Shown piece by piece: positions 1 through 11,006 of a stretch of DNA of 64,000 nucleotides (within the stretch, counting starts at the first letter, position 1; the number at the start of each line of letters is the position of its first letter). Location: NCBI GenBank assembly GCA_010093605.1, contig MU004182.1:2589195-2653194 (forward strand), given 5' to 3'. The translations under genes were made by a program, and so were the position numbers. The stretch is from Lophium mytilinum. Taxonomy: Eukaryota. The notes under the pieces were generated by a model. The model saw nothing but the letters and a program-made list of their open reading frames with translations, did not search any database and had not been told where the DNA came from.

Positions 1-270
1 GTTAAAGTAAGTTGTTCTAGTTGCCTCGAGTAGCATCTCGCACCCGAAACCCATGAGCCATATAATAGCATACGATTATTATAGACAAACTAAGCTATTG
101 AGCGCGAGCTAAGTCCAGGCAGCAAACTTTATAATAACGTCAAGAGGTACAAGGTAAAATAGGCAGCAGTGGCTGTCAAGCCTACCAGAAAGCGTACGTC
201 CTTCCGTTTAATCGCAAGCGCTGCAGTCCCATGTCTAACGATTCTTCATTGCCGTAGTATATTCTCTATC

Positions 271-1366
271 CTAGAGATCAGCGTAACTAACTTTGACATC
301 TCTCACAAGGCCGATTGGGTCCTTCAAATCTACCCATCCACAGTAAGGGCTCGATACGGAGTATCCGATCATTCTTTGAATATTTTCCGGCATCTTCTTC
401 ACGTCCTCAATGGGGTTGGCTAGGAACTGATTCTCCTCCTGCAAATACTTATTAACATGATAGGCTCCCGAGTGTAGTGCAGTAAGAAATATACCTGGCG
501 GAGATAGCCACGACACATGAACGAGCCGAAAAGCATTCTCGTTTTATCGGTCGTATTAGCAGAGCCTTTAGCATACATGTCAGTACGAGTCAGGCAGTTC
601 GAAAAATTCAAGACGTCGAGACAAACCTCCATGGAAGCAGCTCGCCAGCATTAAAAACACATCTCCAGGCTGCATGACCGCGTACACAGCTTTGCTCTCA
701 TCCCCTGGCCCTTCCGACGAGTTATCCAGATGCGAGCCGGGGATGAATCTCGTCGCTCCATTGGCAACGGTGGTTTCGGTCGCAGCTAGGAAGATGCCCA
801 ATGCAGTGTCGCGATCCATGGTGTATTGATCAGCGCTAATCTTCGGAAGCCTCGTGTGATGCAAAGCGTCGTCGCGGTGGAGGCTCTGGGCTCGCGCGCC
901 CGGTCCGATTGCAAGGACCGTGGTCGAGTTTAGCTGCGGAACCGAGACGTAATGCTCCTCCTTGTCTCCAATCCAGGTGGTTGTTCTTGTGGTCAGGAAC
1001 TGGTTGCTGATTTCAACGAAGAGGGGGTGCGCGAGCACTTTCTCTGTGTACGAGGGCGATTTTGCTGGTAGTCCGTTGACTCCTGCATCTGCTGTTAATC
1101 ACTGTTTAACGTTATTCCACGTCGGCGAACCTACGACGCGTCTCTGGGGGGAAGAAGTCGCCTTCCCAGGGCACATCGGCGTCGAGGTATGGTTTTACCT
1201 CCTTTACCATTGTGTCGAGGCTCTCGCGATCTACCAGTCCTCGAATAAAGCAGCCGCCATTTCTAGCAATTGATCGCACGACTTTGTCTGCTGAAGCGGT
1301 GCTCGCGTCAAAGCTGTCGACTGTGAAGCCGTCGGTTGGCTTTGGGGTTTCAACGGCGGAAGGCAT
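271..1366 (-). CDS. PhyH-family Fe(II)/2-oxoglutarate dioxygenase (4 exons)
   Basis: ORF pieces join through GT-AG introns (first 1134-1083, giving PETR|RVNGLPAK; others near 626-566 and 494-439). Motifs: WEGDFFP, LHRDD (HxD), NGATRFIPGSH, CFHGGSAN (distal His), GYLRQEENQ. Confidence 0.9.
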
Positions 1367-1965
1367 TTCAGAAGGTGTAAATGATCAAGATTCCACAAAA
1401 TTAGATTGCAATGGTACTGAATGCGCTCGCGGGCCGTTGCTTGGGTATCTTACGAGTTAATTAGAATGAAGGAGTCTTATAAACGCTTTTCCCCTGCTGT
1501 AGTTACCCGGTTCTGGCTTGCATATCTATGCGATTGGTGCTCGTGGTCGCCTGCCCGATGGGGCGGAGGATGTGGCGATCTCTCTTTTGAGCCGATTTAC
1601 TTTATTTTAGCGTGAACCTGCACTCTGCAAGGTGCCTTTGGCAAGCAACAACGAGATGGCCTGAGCAACCATGATCTACGAAAGCTTCAACTGTGTGAGA
1701 TTGAGAGCGGTCTTTACGTAACTTCGCTCCTTACGGAAGAGCCAGACAAAAGTGGTGAACAAAGTCTGCCAAAAGGAGTTCGCCAGAGACATCCGTTTGT
1801 CATCATAGAATATGCTTGCTGGAAGTGTATTCTGCTCATGTTTTTATAATCTAAATACATTCTTGCCCTTTCATTCATTCATGTTAGAAGACCCCCGATA
1901 TTCGTTAACTTCTCCACACCATTCTTCAACTTGTTTCTCTAATTTTCTATCTTCAGAGTCAAGCC

Positions 1966-2883
1966 ATGAGAATCGCAATTGCCGGCGCCGGCGACCTGGC
2001 GCGTTATTTCGTCGAGGAGTTTCTGAACGACGGGCATGAGGTCGTGGTGCTATCACGCAGCCAGAAGCCCTGGTTCCAGCGCAAAGATATCACGTTCCGC
2101 ATCACAGACTACTCGATCCCATCCCTAACCAAATCAATCAACGACTGCGAGGGATTGGTATCCGCAATTTTAGACTACTCCATGGCCAGCGCCACAGTCC
2201 ATCTCGCATTGCTCGAAGCTTGCAAGAATTCCCCCGAATGCAAACGCTTTATTCCTTCCGAATATGCAGGAAACACAGACGAACACCCCGACCAACCCGT
2301 ATTCTACTACGCCAACCACGAGCCGGTCCGCAAAGCATTAATAAAGCAGAAAGAGGTCATGTGGACGCTTTTCAACTTTGGCTGGCTGACTGACTATCTC
2401 ATCTCTCCCGACCTTCGATATATCAAAGATATTGGCGATTTTCACCCTGTCCGTTTGGCCGACAAGGCGTTGGTGATACCAGGAACAGGCGAAGAGCTGA
2501 TTGGCTTCACGGCGGCGCGAGACGTAGCCAAGGCCGTCTCGAAGCTGTTTAATTGTGACAGCTGGGAGGCAATCATTTACGTGTGCGGTCAGACAACGAC
2601 CTGGAACGCTGTTGCGGAGATCCTTAGGAAGCGTGGTGTCTCATTGGAGGTTAGCCACCGGTCCGTGGAGGAGCTAGAGAAGCAGATCTCGGATGCCGAA
2701 TCAGAAGACAAAATCATTGCCGCTCAATATGACATCTGGTCAACTTCCGGAGCTGGGTTTCTGCCGCAGGAGAAATTGAAACGGCAAGCCGCGAAGTACT
2801 TTCAAGGCGTCAAGTTTAGAACTGTGGAGGACTTTCTTGATGATGCTGAGAAGTTGACAGGTTGCCAGAATGTTGCTGTGTAG
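1966..2883 (+). CDS. NmrA/isoflavone-reductase-like NAD(P)H oxidoreductase, SwnR-like
   Basis: Intronless 305 aa ORF. N-terminal IAIAGAGDL Rossmann motif, KRFIPSEY, and GWLTDY...YIKDIGDFHP...IPGTG...ARDV. The resemblance to SwnR is from memory. Confidence 0.85.
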   Translation: MRIAIAGAGDLARYFVEEFLNDGHEVVVLSRSQKPWFQRKDITFRITDYSIPSLTKSINDCEGLVSAILDYSMASATVHLALLEACKNSPECKRFIPSEYAGNTDEHPDQPVFYYANHEPVRKALIKQKEVMWTLFNFGWLTDYLISPDLRYIKDIGDFHPVRLADKALVIPGTGEELIGFTAARDVAKAVSKLFNCDSWEAIIYVCGQTTTWNAVAEILRKRGVSLEVSHRSVEELEKQISDAESEDKIIAAQYDIWSTSGAGFLPQEKLKRQAAKYFQGVKFRTVEDFLDDAEKLTGCQNVAV

Positions 2884-3001
2884 ATACGTCAACTCAGAGC
2901 TGGAAGCCGAATCAGACCTTCGCAGGGTTGATTTCTAGTCGGTTTGATCGGAGAGACCGAGTTAATGTTCCATGGTTGTGGTACTAGCACATGTGAATCT
3001 T

Positions 3002-4750
3002 TCATGTGAGAAGAATGTCAATTTTCAAGTCCTCTGCCACCTGTTGTTGCAAAACATCCTCTTCAGGGTTAAGGTCTCGACGATGCCATATCTCTAGAAT
3101 AAGGCCTTCCACGCATGAGGTTGCGCCAACACCTCTGTTGGCTTTCTTAGCAAAAACCTGCATGCATCGACGTCGTAGTTCATCATCCTCGGCTTCGCAA
3201 GCAGTCACATATAGTGGCCACATAAGGCCATCCATCGCAGAATTGTCGTGAAGGTCCTCGACCGCTTCTAGATGATATAGACATTGTTCCACTAGATGTT
3301 GGATTTCTCGCGGCGGCGAGCGGTGTAGAGACCGCTCGTAGTGTATCATGCAAGCATAATACCACGAGCAGGCATGGTGTCGTGTAACCTTCTCCAATGC
3401 TGGGTCGGGGGACGGGAATCGCGTGGTGCTGGGATTCGCCAAGAGCAGGGTGTTCCGCAGTACTACCAAATCCTCATCCGTGGGTCGATGGGCTGACATA
3501 GAAAGCCTGCTTACATCGAAAATGGCTCTCAATACAGGTTTAGTAATCCCAAAGAGCTTTTCTAGGCAGTAGTCATTGGCTGGGAAGCTCGACGTGGCAG
3601 ATGACATGATATCCATTTCCCAGTCGTCTTCAAAGAAGGAGGACGAGCTAGCTGCAAACTGGGTGTGCTGATCTTGCGAATATCCGATGATCTCCACGCA
3701 ATGGAAGAGCTGGCGCAAGATGAGTCCCCCTTGACTCTCGTTCCACTTCCCATGCAGAGAGTTAATCCAATCTCTCCCTCCACGGAGATGGATGCGCCAT
3801 TGGCATGAGCGAGCCGCGACAATATCGATTGAAGTCATCAATATCATAGAAGCGAGAATAGCCTCGTGTTGACCGTGCGAGTCTTCCATCATACTTTGAC
3901 GCAGATATCGAAGTCCGGCTTGGTGATGTTTCGCGGCTATGGCCTCATCGTGCTCATCAGGTGGGTCTTGCAATTGAGACCTGTTGAATGCAGCAAAAGC
4001 GTAGATAGAATGCAGCAAAGCACAATGTCCCGGAAGCCTATGGGCAGACGCTGCGGATTCTAGCACTAGAGGAATAACAACTTCGCGGAAAGGATTGTCG
4101 GGATGGTTGGTTGAGATCATCAGTCCACTGGCAGAAGTGACCCAGAATCGCAGCAGCTGGCGTTCTTCTGCAGACGACACGGAGAGAAATGGGAGTAAAT
4201 AGCGTGACCAAAGGTGCTTAGACGTGGGATAGCATGTTTCAGGGTCGAAAGGATCTCCAGGTGACGCCGAACAGCTGTCCTGTGCTGACGTTGAGTCTGC
4301 TTCAGAGGGCGAGGTGACATCAAGTTGGAGTCCAGGTTCATTATCCCCGACTGTGGGAGCGCATGCGAAGACGGTATAGGGACCCTCGACCAGCTCCATA
4401 CCGTCATCAACTTGGGGCGAGTCGAGTCGCTTGAGGATGGCGCTGAGATAGAGCTCGTCGAAGATGGGATTCCTCATGTCCGCATCATCCAGCATCAACC
4501 GCCGTTTCTGCTTTACATTCTGCAGTTCGCGTCCTGCACCGTCACCGTTGCCGGCCGCGTCGTCCCATACAAGCCGGATTTCGTAGCCCTCGCAGGGCCG
4601 ATCGAGTCTGGTGCACCGGTTGCAGGAAGGGCGCGTAGCATCGCATTTTACGCCACGTGAACGACAGGTCCAGCAGCCCACATATGTCTTGGTCCGCTTC
4701 ACAGCGGTACGAGCACGTGCATCTGGTCGGGATGCTTTAGCTCGAGGCAT
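3002..4750 (-). CDS. Zn(II)2Cys6 transcription factor with fungal_trans_2-type C-terminal domain
   Basis: GCWTCRSRGVKCDATRPSCNRCTRLDRPCEGY binuclear cluster, plus WRIHLRG and LMWPLYVTACEA motifs. Confidence 0.92.
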   Translation of the reverse strand: MPRAKASRPDARARTAVKRTKTYVGCWTCRSRGVKCDATRPSCNRCTRLDRPCEGYEIRLVWDDAAGNGDGAGRELQNVKQKRRLMLDDADMRNPIFDELYLSAILKRLDSPQVDDGMELVEGPYTVFACAPTVGDNEPGLQLDVTSPSEADSTSAQDSCSASPGDPFDPETCYPTSKHLWSRYLLPFLSVSSAEERQLLRFWVTSASGLMISTNHPDNPFREVVIPLVLESAASAHRLPGHCALLHSIYAFAAFNRSQLQDPPDEHDEAIAAKHHQAGLRYLRQSMMEDSHGQHEAILASMILMTSIDIVAARSCQWRIHLRGGRDWINSLHGKWNESQGGLILRQLFHCVEIIGYSQDQHTQFAASSSSFFEDDWEMDIMSSATSSFPANDYCLEKLFGITKPVLRAIFDVSRLSMSAHRPTDEDLVVLRNTLLLANPSTTRFPSPDPALEKVTRHHACSWYYACMIHYERSLHRSPPREIQHLVEQCLYHLEAVEDLHDNSAMDGLMWPLYVTACEAEDDELRRRCMQVFAKKANRGVGATSCVEGLILEIWHRRDLNPEEDVLQQQVAEDLKIDILLT

Positions 4751-5197
4751 GACGAGAGCTGATCATGAGTATCAGGCGGCGTCCGACGGAAAACCTTGAG
4801 AAGGGTTGCTCCCGATCCTATAGTAGCGAAGGTGACTACTACCGGTGAGCGCCTGATGGAGAGAAGAAAAGACACAAGGCATGTTCAGGGTAGAAGGTCG
4901 GGCGGCAGAGATGCAAGGAGAAAGTGTCCACGAGGCTGTCGTCATGGCCACCGGCTGGATGAGGAGGTCCAAATAGGCTTGCGTTAGAGCAATTCAGAGG
5001 CTCGCTGTCGCCTGCCGATTCTGTCCCCTGTCTGGCACTCGCTTCCAGTGCGATCATTCGGCCCGAGATAAGCTGAGAAAGTTACGGGCTCGTTGTCGCC
5101 TACCAATCCTGTGCTACATATCCCTCCTTGTCGAAGCCGGGCCGGGATACGATTCTCGGAATCGTCGTTACCTGCCGCTTCTGTCTCGCCCTTTTCT

Positions 5198-6630
5198 ATT
5201 TGTCGGGTGCAAAACAGCACGGAATCCTTGGCACAACTCTCTGCCACACCAAAATAATTCTTAGGAATACTAACTATAAGATTTATTAATAGAATTAACT
5301 CTAAAAACTAGGGGACTGATAATCCTACACCGGGTTTTTCCTCCATGTACACCCGTTTTCTCCTCCACATACACCCATTCACGTCTGATCTTCTAATTGG
5401 TCCGGAGAGATCCTCCAAGGCCTCCAATTTGCTCGCTTAGGCTTACCACTAATTCCAAATGCTCTCTCTAAGTGCGGCGTGGCCACAAGCAATCACAACC
5501 TTATCTTTAATCTCTGCCTTTATAATACACCTCTTACTATAGCCCTCCAGCCGCGCCCGCCACGGCTATACAACAGCCTAGAGGAAGCCGCAGCCTCCAG
5601 GGCTCGGAATCAATTAATTCAATTACACCTTCTGGTTAATCTCGGGCCAACAGTAGGGACGTGCCACCGTGCACGGTACTATATGGGGTTCGAGATCAAC
5701 TCAATCGCACCCTCTGGTTGATTGATTCCGAGCCCTGGCAGCCTCGGCCTCAGGCAGCGCCAGCGCTGCTTCCTGATAAGGAGCTCCAATATTAGAAGGT
5801 ATTGTACGAGCAGTATATAGAGGGGTGGATGGATTAGGATAGCTAGGGAGGCGCGGCGGCGATGTAGGGGGGCTAGATTTAATGCGGAGAGGCCGTAATA
5901 AGGTCAGGATTTAACTGTTTTAGTATACTTATAGGTATATAGGCATGTAGGTAGTAATACAACAGCCTATATACTCTATAGGAAACGGGAAGTATATATA
6001 GTAAAACAGGTATGCTATATAGCCCTGCTAAACTACGGCCTTACGTACGGCCTTAATAGGCTGCTAGAAATAGTAAGAATACACGATGGAATGGGAAGAC
6101 TATGCAACCTTACTATTTTAAGCGCCGGAGCTTCCTCCAAGGCCTCTGGACCAATTAGAAGATTAGACGTGAATGGGTGTATATAGAGGAGAAAACAGGT
6201 GTACGTGGAGGAAAAACCCGGTGTAGGATTATTAGTCCCTAAAAACTAATAGAGTATAGATATAAGCTACTAGAGTATATTACCTAGGCTTTCCCTTTTA
6301 TTAATTATTTTTAAGGGCGTAAATCTAGTTGTAGTAAGAAGATATAATAGGTGCCGCCCGCGGAAGATACCGCCCCCTGCTGCCCTATATTGCACCCCTG
6401 CTATACCCCTGCCGCCCGCCTTTTCTATACCTTTCTTTACCTAGAAATAACTTCTCTTTCTATAAATATTTAGAGCTTATACTTTTAAGATAAAGTAGGT
6501 AGTATATAAAGTAGCTTCTAGAGAAGTTTAAAGGTAATAACTCTATGTTTATACCTTTTAGTTGTCAGAAAACGTGTGGTGTGGCAGAGAGTTTTGCCAA
6601 GGATTCCGTGCTGTTTTGCACCCGACAAAT
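5198..6630. repeat. 54-bp inverted repeat pair (5198-5251 / 6577-6630) bracketing an AT-rich RIP-like segment
   Basis: atttgtcgggtgcaaaacagcacggaatccttggcacaactctctgccacacca matches the reverse complement of 6577-6630 with 1 mismatch. Confidence 0.9.
5311..6240. mobile_element. Non-autonomous TIR DNA transposon relic (Mutator-like), RIP-mutated
   Basis: ~95-bp TIRs (5311-~5405 / ~6147-6240, GGGGACTGATAATCCTACACCGGG...) differ mainly by transitions. Flanking direct repeat (t)aaaaacta at 5302/5303-5310 and 6240/6241-6248 is an 8-9 bp TSD. Interior is TpA-rich. Confidence 0.85.
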
Positions 6631-6908
6631 GGGGAACTCAATTCCCACCTGCAGCACAGCGCAATCCTACTCCACTTCACTTCAGTTCTGTTCCCCTATG
6701 CGACTGAGGACCCTGGATACCCCGGATGATAGCCGACCAGAACACATTAATTCCATTCGTTCCTACCCCACGTGTCATGGGTGGCAATGAATAGCACTGC
6801 GCCTTGCAATTGGTGGAAGAAACACGGGTGGATTTGCTAATGAATCAGATAACCCAGATGCTCCTCAATCCTCCTACCGCCTCGCGAGCGTTTCCTCATT
6901 TAGGAGTC

Positions 6909-7346
6909 TTAATTCGGCAGTACTGCGTAGGCTGTAATCTCGACTCTCGCCCCATCCGCTAGAGCCTCAACTCCAACGCCCGCCCACGCGAATCTGTTCT
7001 TTCCCAAGAACTTTTCAACCACCACTTCCAACGCCTTGTCCGCCGCCGCATCCAGCCCGACATGGTAGCTTGTCATCTGGTAAACTGAATTGAATCCATC
7101 CGTGACACCGGCCGCTGCTAAAGAGTCGACTACGTTTTGAAACGCCTGCAGATACTGCTCTGTCAGGTCTGTCGGCAGTTTCATGTCCGCCGTGTAGCCT
7201 GTTTGGCCTGCCGTTACTACCGTTCGCATGTTTGCTGGGAGGACCACGGCGCTGGAGATGTGATATGTATCGCTCAGCTTTTCCCCTAGACCGGGGACGT
7301 TGAAGCACTTGACGCCGTGCTTGTTGAGAGGACTTGAATACTCCAT
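6909..7346 (-). CDS. Rid/YjgF/YER057c family protein
   Basis: 145 aa with VVTAGQTG, QAFQNV..L.AAG and GVEALADGARVEI motifs. Confidence 0.85.
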   Translation of the reverse strand: MEYSSPLNKHGVKCFNVPGLGEKLSDTYHISSAVVLPANMRTVVTAGQTGYTADMKLPTDLTEQYLQAFQNVVDSLAAAGVTDGFNSVYQMTSYHVGLDAAADKALEVVVEKFLGKNRFAWAGVGVEALADGARVEITAYAVLPN

Positions 7347-7809
7347 GTCGATTGAGTGGGAAAGGTTTATTTGAAACGAGATAGCGTGAGGTGTTTATGG
7401 CGAAGGTCGAATAAGATGTTGGTAGTCAAATACAAGAGCATCGTGCATGGCAGTATATAAGCTGTAAATGGAAAGGAACTCCAACTAATGCCGCCAGGCA
7501 GTCGACAACGAGCACTGGAGTTCTCCACATCTCTCTCGATAACACCGTAGCTTATGCGATTGTACTTTCTCAAGGCGGTTTTGGATTGCAATTCCTAGCC
7601 GAAAGGCGATGACCAGAGTAGCTCATGTATCCGGCAACTGTCAACGAGCATCTTTTCGAGCCTTCGCATGTAACTCCTCCCACCCAACAGCCCTAAAAGG
7701 CACACATACGAATGTTCCAGAGAGTCCATTTCCATTATTTAGGAACGTCTGTCTCTCCATCTACATAGTTGCTAGCACTACCATCATCGACTAGACACAC
7801 AAAATAACC

Positions 7810-8845
7810 ATGTCTTCGACCAAACTCTTCGAGAACGATCTGAAAAGACCTCTGCCCAAGGTCGAAGTCTTCGACAGTGCATCTGTCAGCCCAGAACAAA
7901 TTGTGGCCGCCCTCACCAAAGCTGGTGGCTGTGTAATCAAGAATGCCGTATCTCCTAGCGACCTATCTCTTATCCAAAAAGATGTTCAGCCCTTCCTCGA
8001 TGCCGACAAACCATGGGAAGGCGACTTCTTTCCACGCGAAACACGCCGAGTCAATGGGCTAGCCGCCAAGTCCAAAGTCTTCATGGAGAAGATCGTCTGC
8101 TACGAGCCCTACCAATCTGTCTGTTCGAAACTTCTCTCGAGCACAACGAAAAACTACCTAGGCCAAGATCTTCAAGTCAGCACCAGTCAACCCCAGCTCA
8201 ACAACACTATCGTCTTCGCAATCGGGCCGGGAGCTAAGCCACAGCCGTTGCATCGCGACGACATGATACACCATCGAGTCTTGAAGCAGATGAATGCAGA
8301 GGATTATGTGATCGGGCAGGACACAGGCATTGGCTTTTTTGTGGGAGGCAGGAAGACAACCAAGGCGAATGGAGCGACCAGATTCATTCCCGGTTCGCAC
8401 CTCTGGGACCATGATACACCACCAAGTGAAGACCTCACCTTTTACGCGGAGCTTGATCCCGGTGACGCCTTCGTTATGCTGTCTTCTTGCTACCATGGAG
8501 GATCGGCGAACACGACTGAGGATGAGGTACGATTAGTGTACAGTTGTTTCATGACGAAAGGCTATCTCAGACAGGTACGTCTTAGCTTCCATATCGTATC
8601 CTACAGCAGGATAACGGCCAATGAAGCCTCTCCCCAGCTGAATGTCTGGCGCTAATCTGCAACTGTCCAAATAGGAGGAGAACCAGTACCTGAACAACGA
8701 CCCTGAAAAGCTAAAGGAACTCTACGATGATACTATGCTCAGACTCATCGGGTATAACCTTAGTGCACCGTTCCTAGGCTGGATCAAAGAGGGCCATCCT
8801 CTGGCCGCCCTGGGACGACAACAGCCACTGGGAGACATGTATTGA
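7810..8845 (+). CDS. PhyH-family Fe(II)/2-oxoglutarate dioxygenase (2 exons, intron 8575-8674)
   Basis: WEGDFFPRETRRVNGL, LHRDD, NGATRFIPGSH, CYHGGSAN. The GTACGT...GCTAAT...ATAG intron restores YLRQ|EENQYL; TGA at 8843-8845. Confidence 0.92.
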
Positions 8846-9827
8846 GAGACTGGGCGCACAAACCAACTGGTGGGAAATTCCACTCGTGTATATCTAAGGA
8901 GGCTAGAGATAGAGCAATGACTTGAAACGAGATTAATTTGTGTTTGCTGCGGTTGAAGCATCCCCGATCATGTTTTATGAATGATCTGTAAAAGAAGTAT
9001 CTCCACTAGTCTGTGAAACTTTCAGAGATTGTAGCATATTCGAACACAATACGACGCTTTGAATCGGAGATCGGCTGCCGCTTTTCGGAAGAGCGTGCTA
9101 AACGATCTCCTTGTCGACAGTAAAGATCAGAATACATGTGACTAGACCGCCATGTCGTTTTGCTATGTTTGTGATCTGGGGTACGATCTGATATACCACG
9201 GCTCTTGACTATCCTCTTGCAGGAAGTTTGAGATGAGCAAGCCCAACCCAAGAATGCCATGCACTTACTTTGATCCTTCGAGGGAAACGTACAGCGATGG
9301 TAGACTGATTGACAGAGTATTGAGATAAAAGACATGAAACGAGATTTCAGATGAAATGATCTAGACGAAGTGGGGGAGAAGTGCGGGGAGAGCTCGGGGG
9401 TCCGGATTCAGTAATCGACAGCGACTTTGGAGCTACTTTGTCTAGACTAGTCTACTGCAGCTTAGATTCTACAGGCGGGATAAACTAGATCGATTCTGAT
9501 AAACCATTCGTAATCTCGCTTCATCGGAAATGGGGTGCATGGACTGACAGAGCGACTAGAAGGGAAGGACTGTATATTTTTCTCTGAAGGAAGAGAGTAT
9601 TGGAAAGCTATAGCGAGCTTATCCGGGTTTCAATTCTCTCAATGTTCAAACGGTTTTTCTCTCTGCTAACAATCTATAGATAGAGGACTGCATCGCACAG
9701 ACTTTCCAGCTTCGCACTCCTCGACCTGTATCCTCTTGACTCTTTTTCTCGTCTACCATCCTGTCAGACCGGATATCATCCTGAACAATTCGGAAGCGTC
9801 ATATCCCAGACATCACCACTGCCCGCC

Positions 9828-10595
9828 ATGACGGTCAAAAACCTGCAAGGCCTCAGCGCCATCGTCACCGGAGGCTCCAGAGGCATAGGCGCCGGCATCG
9901 CGCAGGAGCTCGCAAGCCGTGGTGCCAACGTCCTCATCACCTACCAGAGCGCCTCATCTCAAGCCGAAGAAGTCGCCTCCAAGATCCGAGCCCTGGGCAG
10001 CGAAGCGCTGATCGTGCAGGCCGCTGGCACAGACAAGGAAGCACCCGCTCGGATCGTGCGTGCCGCAGTAGAGAAATGGTCTCACATCGACATCATCATC
10101 AACAATGCCGGCGCCGGCGACGACTGCCTGCTCAAAGATCTCACATACGACCTGTGGGACAAGATCCTCAACACGAACCTACGCATGGCGACCTTCCTGG
10201 TGAAGGAGAGCATGCCGCATCTTGGCAAGGCGCCGCGCATTGTGAATATCTCGTCCGTTATCGGGCGCATGGGTGGCTCGTGGGCAACAGCGTATTGCGC
10301 GTCGAAAGCGGCACTTGAAGGGGTCACGAAGGTGTGGGCTGCGGAGCTTGGACACAGTCACAACGCAACGGTGAATTGTGTGAATCCGGGGCCGGTGGGT
10401 ACGGATATGTGGTTGCGCGATACCGATGCCGCTGTGTTGGCGGAATGGGATACTAAGATGAAGGAGACGCCGGCCGCGCCGAGGATTGGCACTGTGGATG
10501 ATATTGCTCAAATTGTCGCATTTTTGGCTAGTGAGGAGAGTCGATGGAGTACGGGTAGCACTGTTAATGCTAACGGGGGCATGTGCTTTGTATGA
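9828..10595 (+). CDS. Short-chain dehydrogenase/reductase (classical SDR)
   Basis: TGGSRGIG, NNAG, NISS, YCASK catalytic motif and VNPGPVGT; intronless. Confidence 0.93.
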   Translation: MTVKNLQGLSAIVTGGSRGIGAGIAQELASRGANVLITYQSASSQAEEVASKIRALGSEALIVQAAGTDKEAPARIVRAAVEKWSHIDIIINNAGAGDDCLLKDLTYDLWDKILNTNLRMATFLVKESMPHLGKAPRIVNISSVIGRMGGSWATAYCASKAALEGVTKVWAAELGHSHNATVNCVNPGPVGTDMWLRDTDAAVLAEWDTKMKETPAAPRIGTVDDIAQIVAFLASEESRWSTGSTVNANGGMCFV

Positions 10596-11006
10596 GGTAA
10601 CTTGGTGATGGTGGATATTTCGTTACATAGAATAGACAAGCATTAGAATACCCCTTAAATCGCCTCAATGAAGTTAGCGTTAATCCTCCAAGCTCGGTTG
10701 GGCTTCGTTTCTGTCTGCTGGCTTACTCAGCAGCTCCATCTTCCCTCCTGTCGCTCAAGAGGTTTGTTCCTCATTCTCATTAAAAAAAAAACTTTTGGGC
10801 CCACGTTTCGTTTGAGTCGATTCCTGTGTGCCTGGCGCTCACTACAGATATAACGATGAGCAAGTAGCCGGCACTAAGAAGGATATCAGACGTGCAAATC
10901 ACGTTCAAATCGAACAGCCGATTGATCTGGTATTGCGTTTTCGTTCTATAAAACCGGGCGTCAAGTCATCGACACCCTCTTTGCAGATACTGGTATGTCA
11001 TAATAT

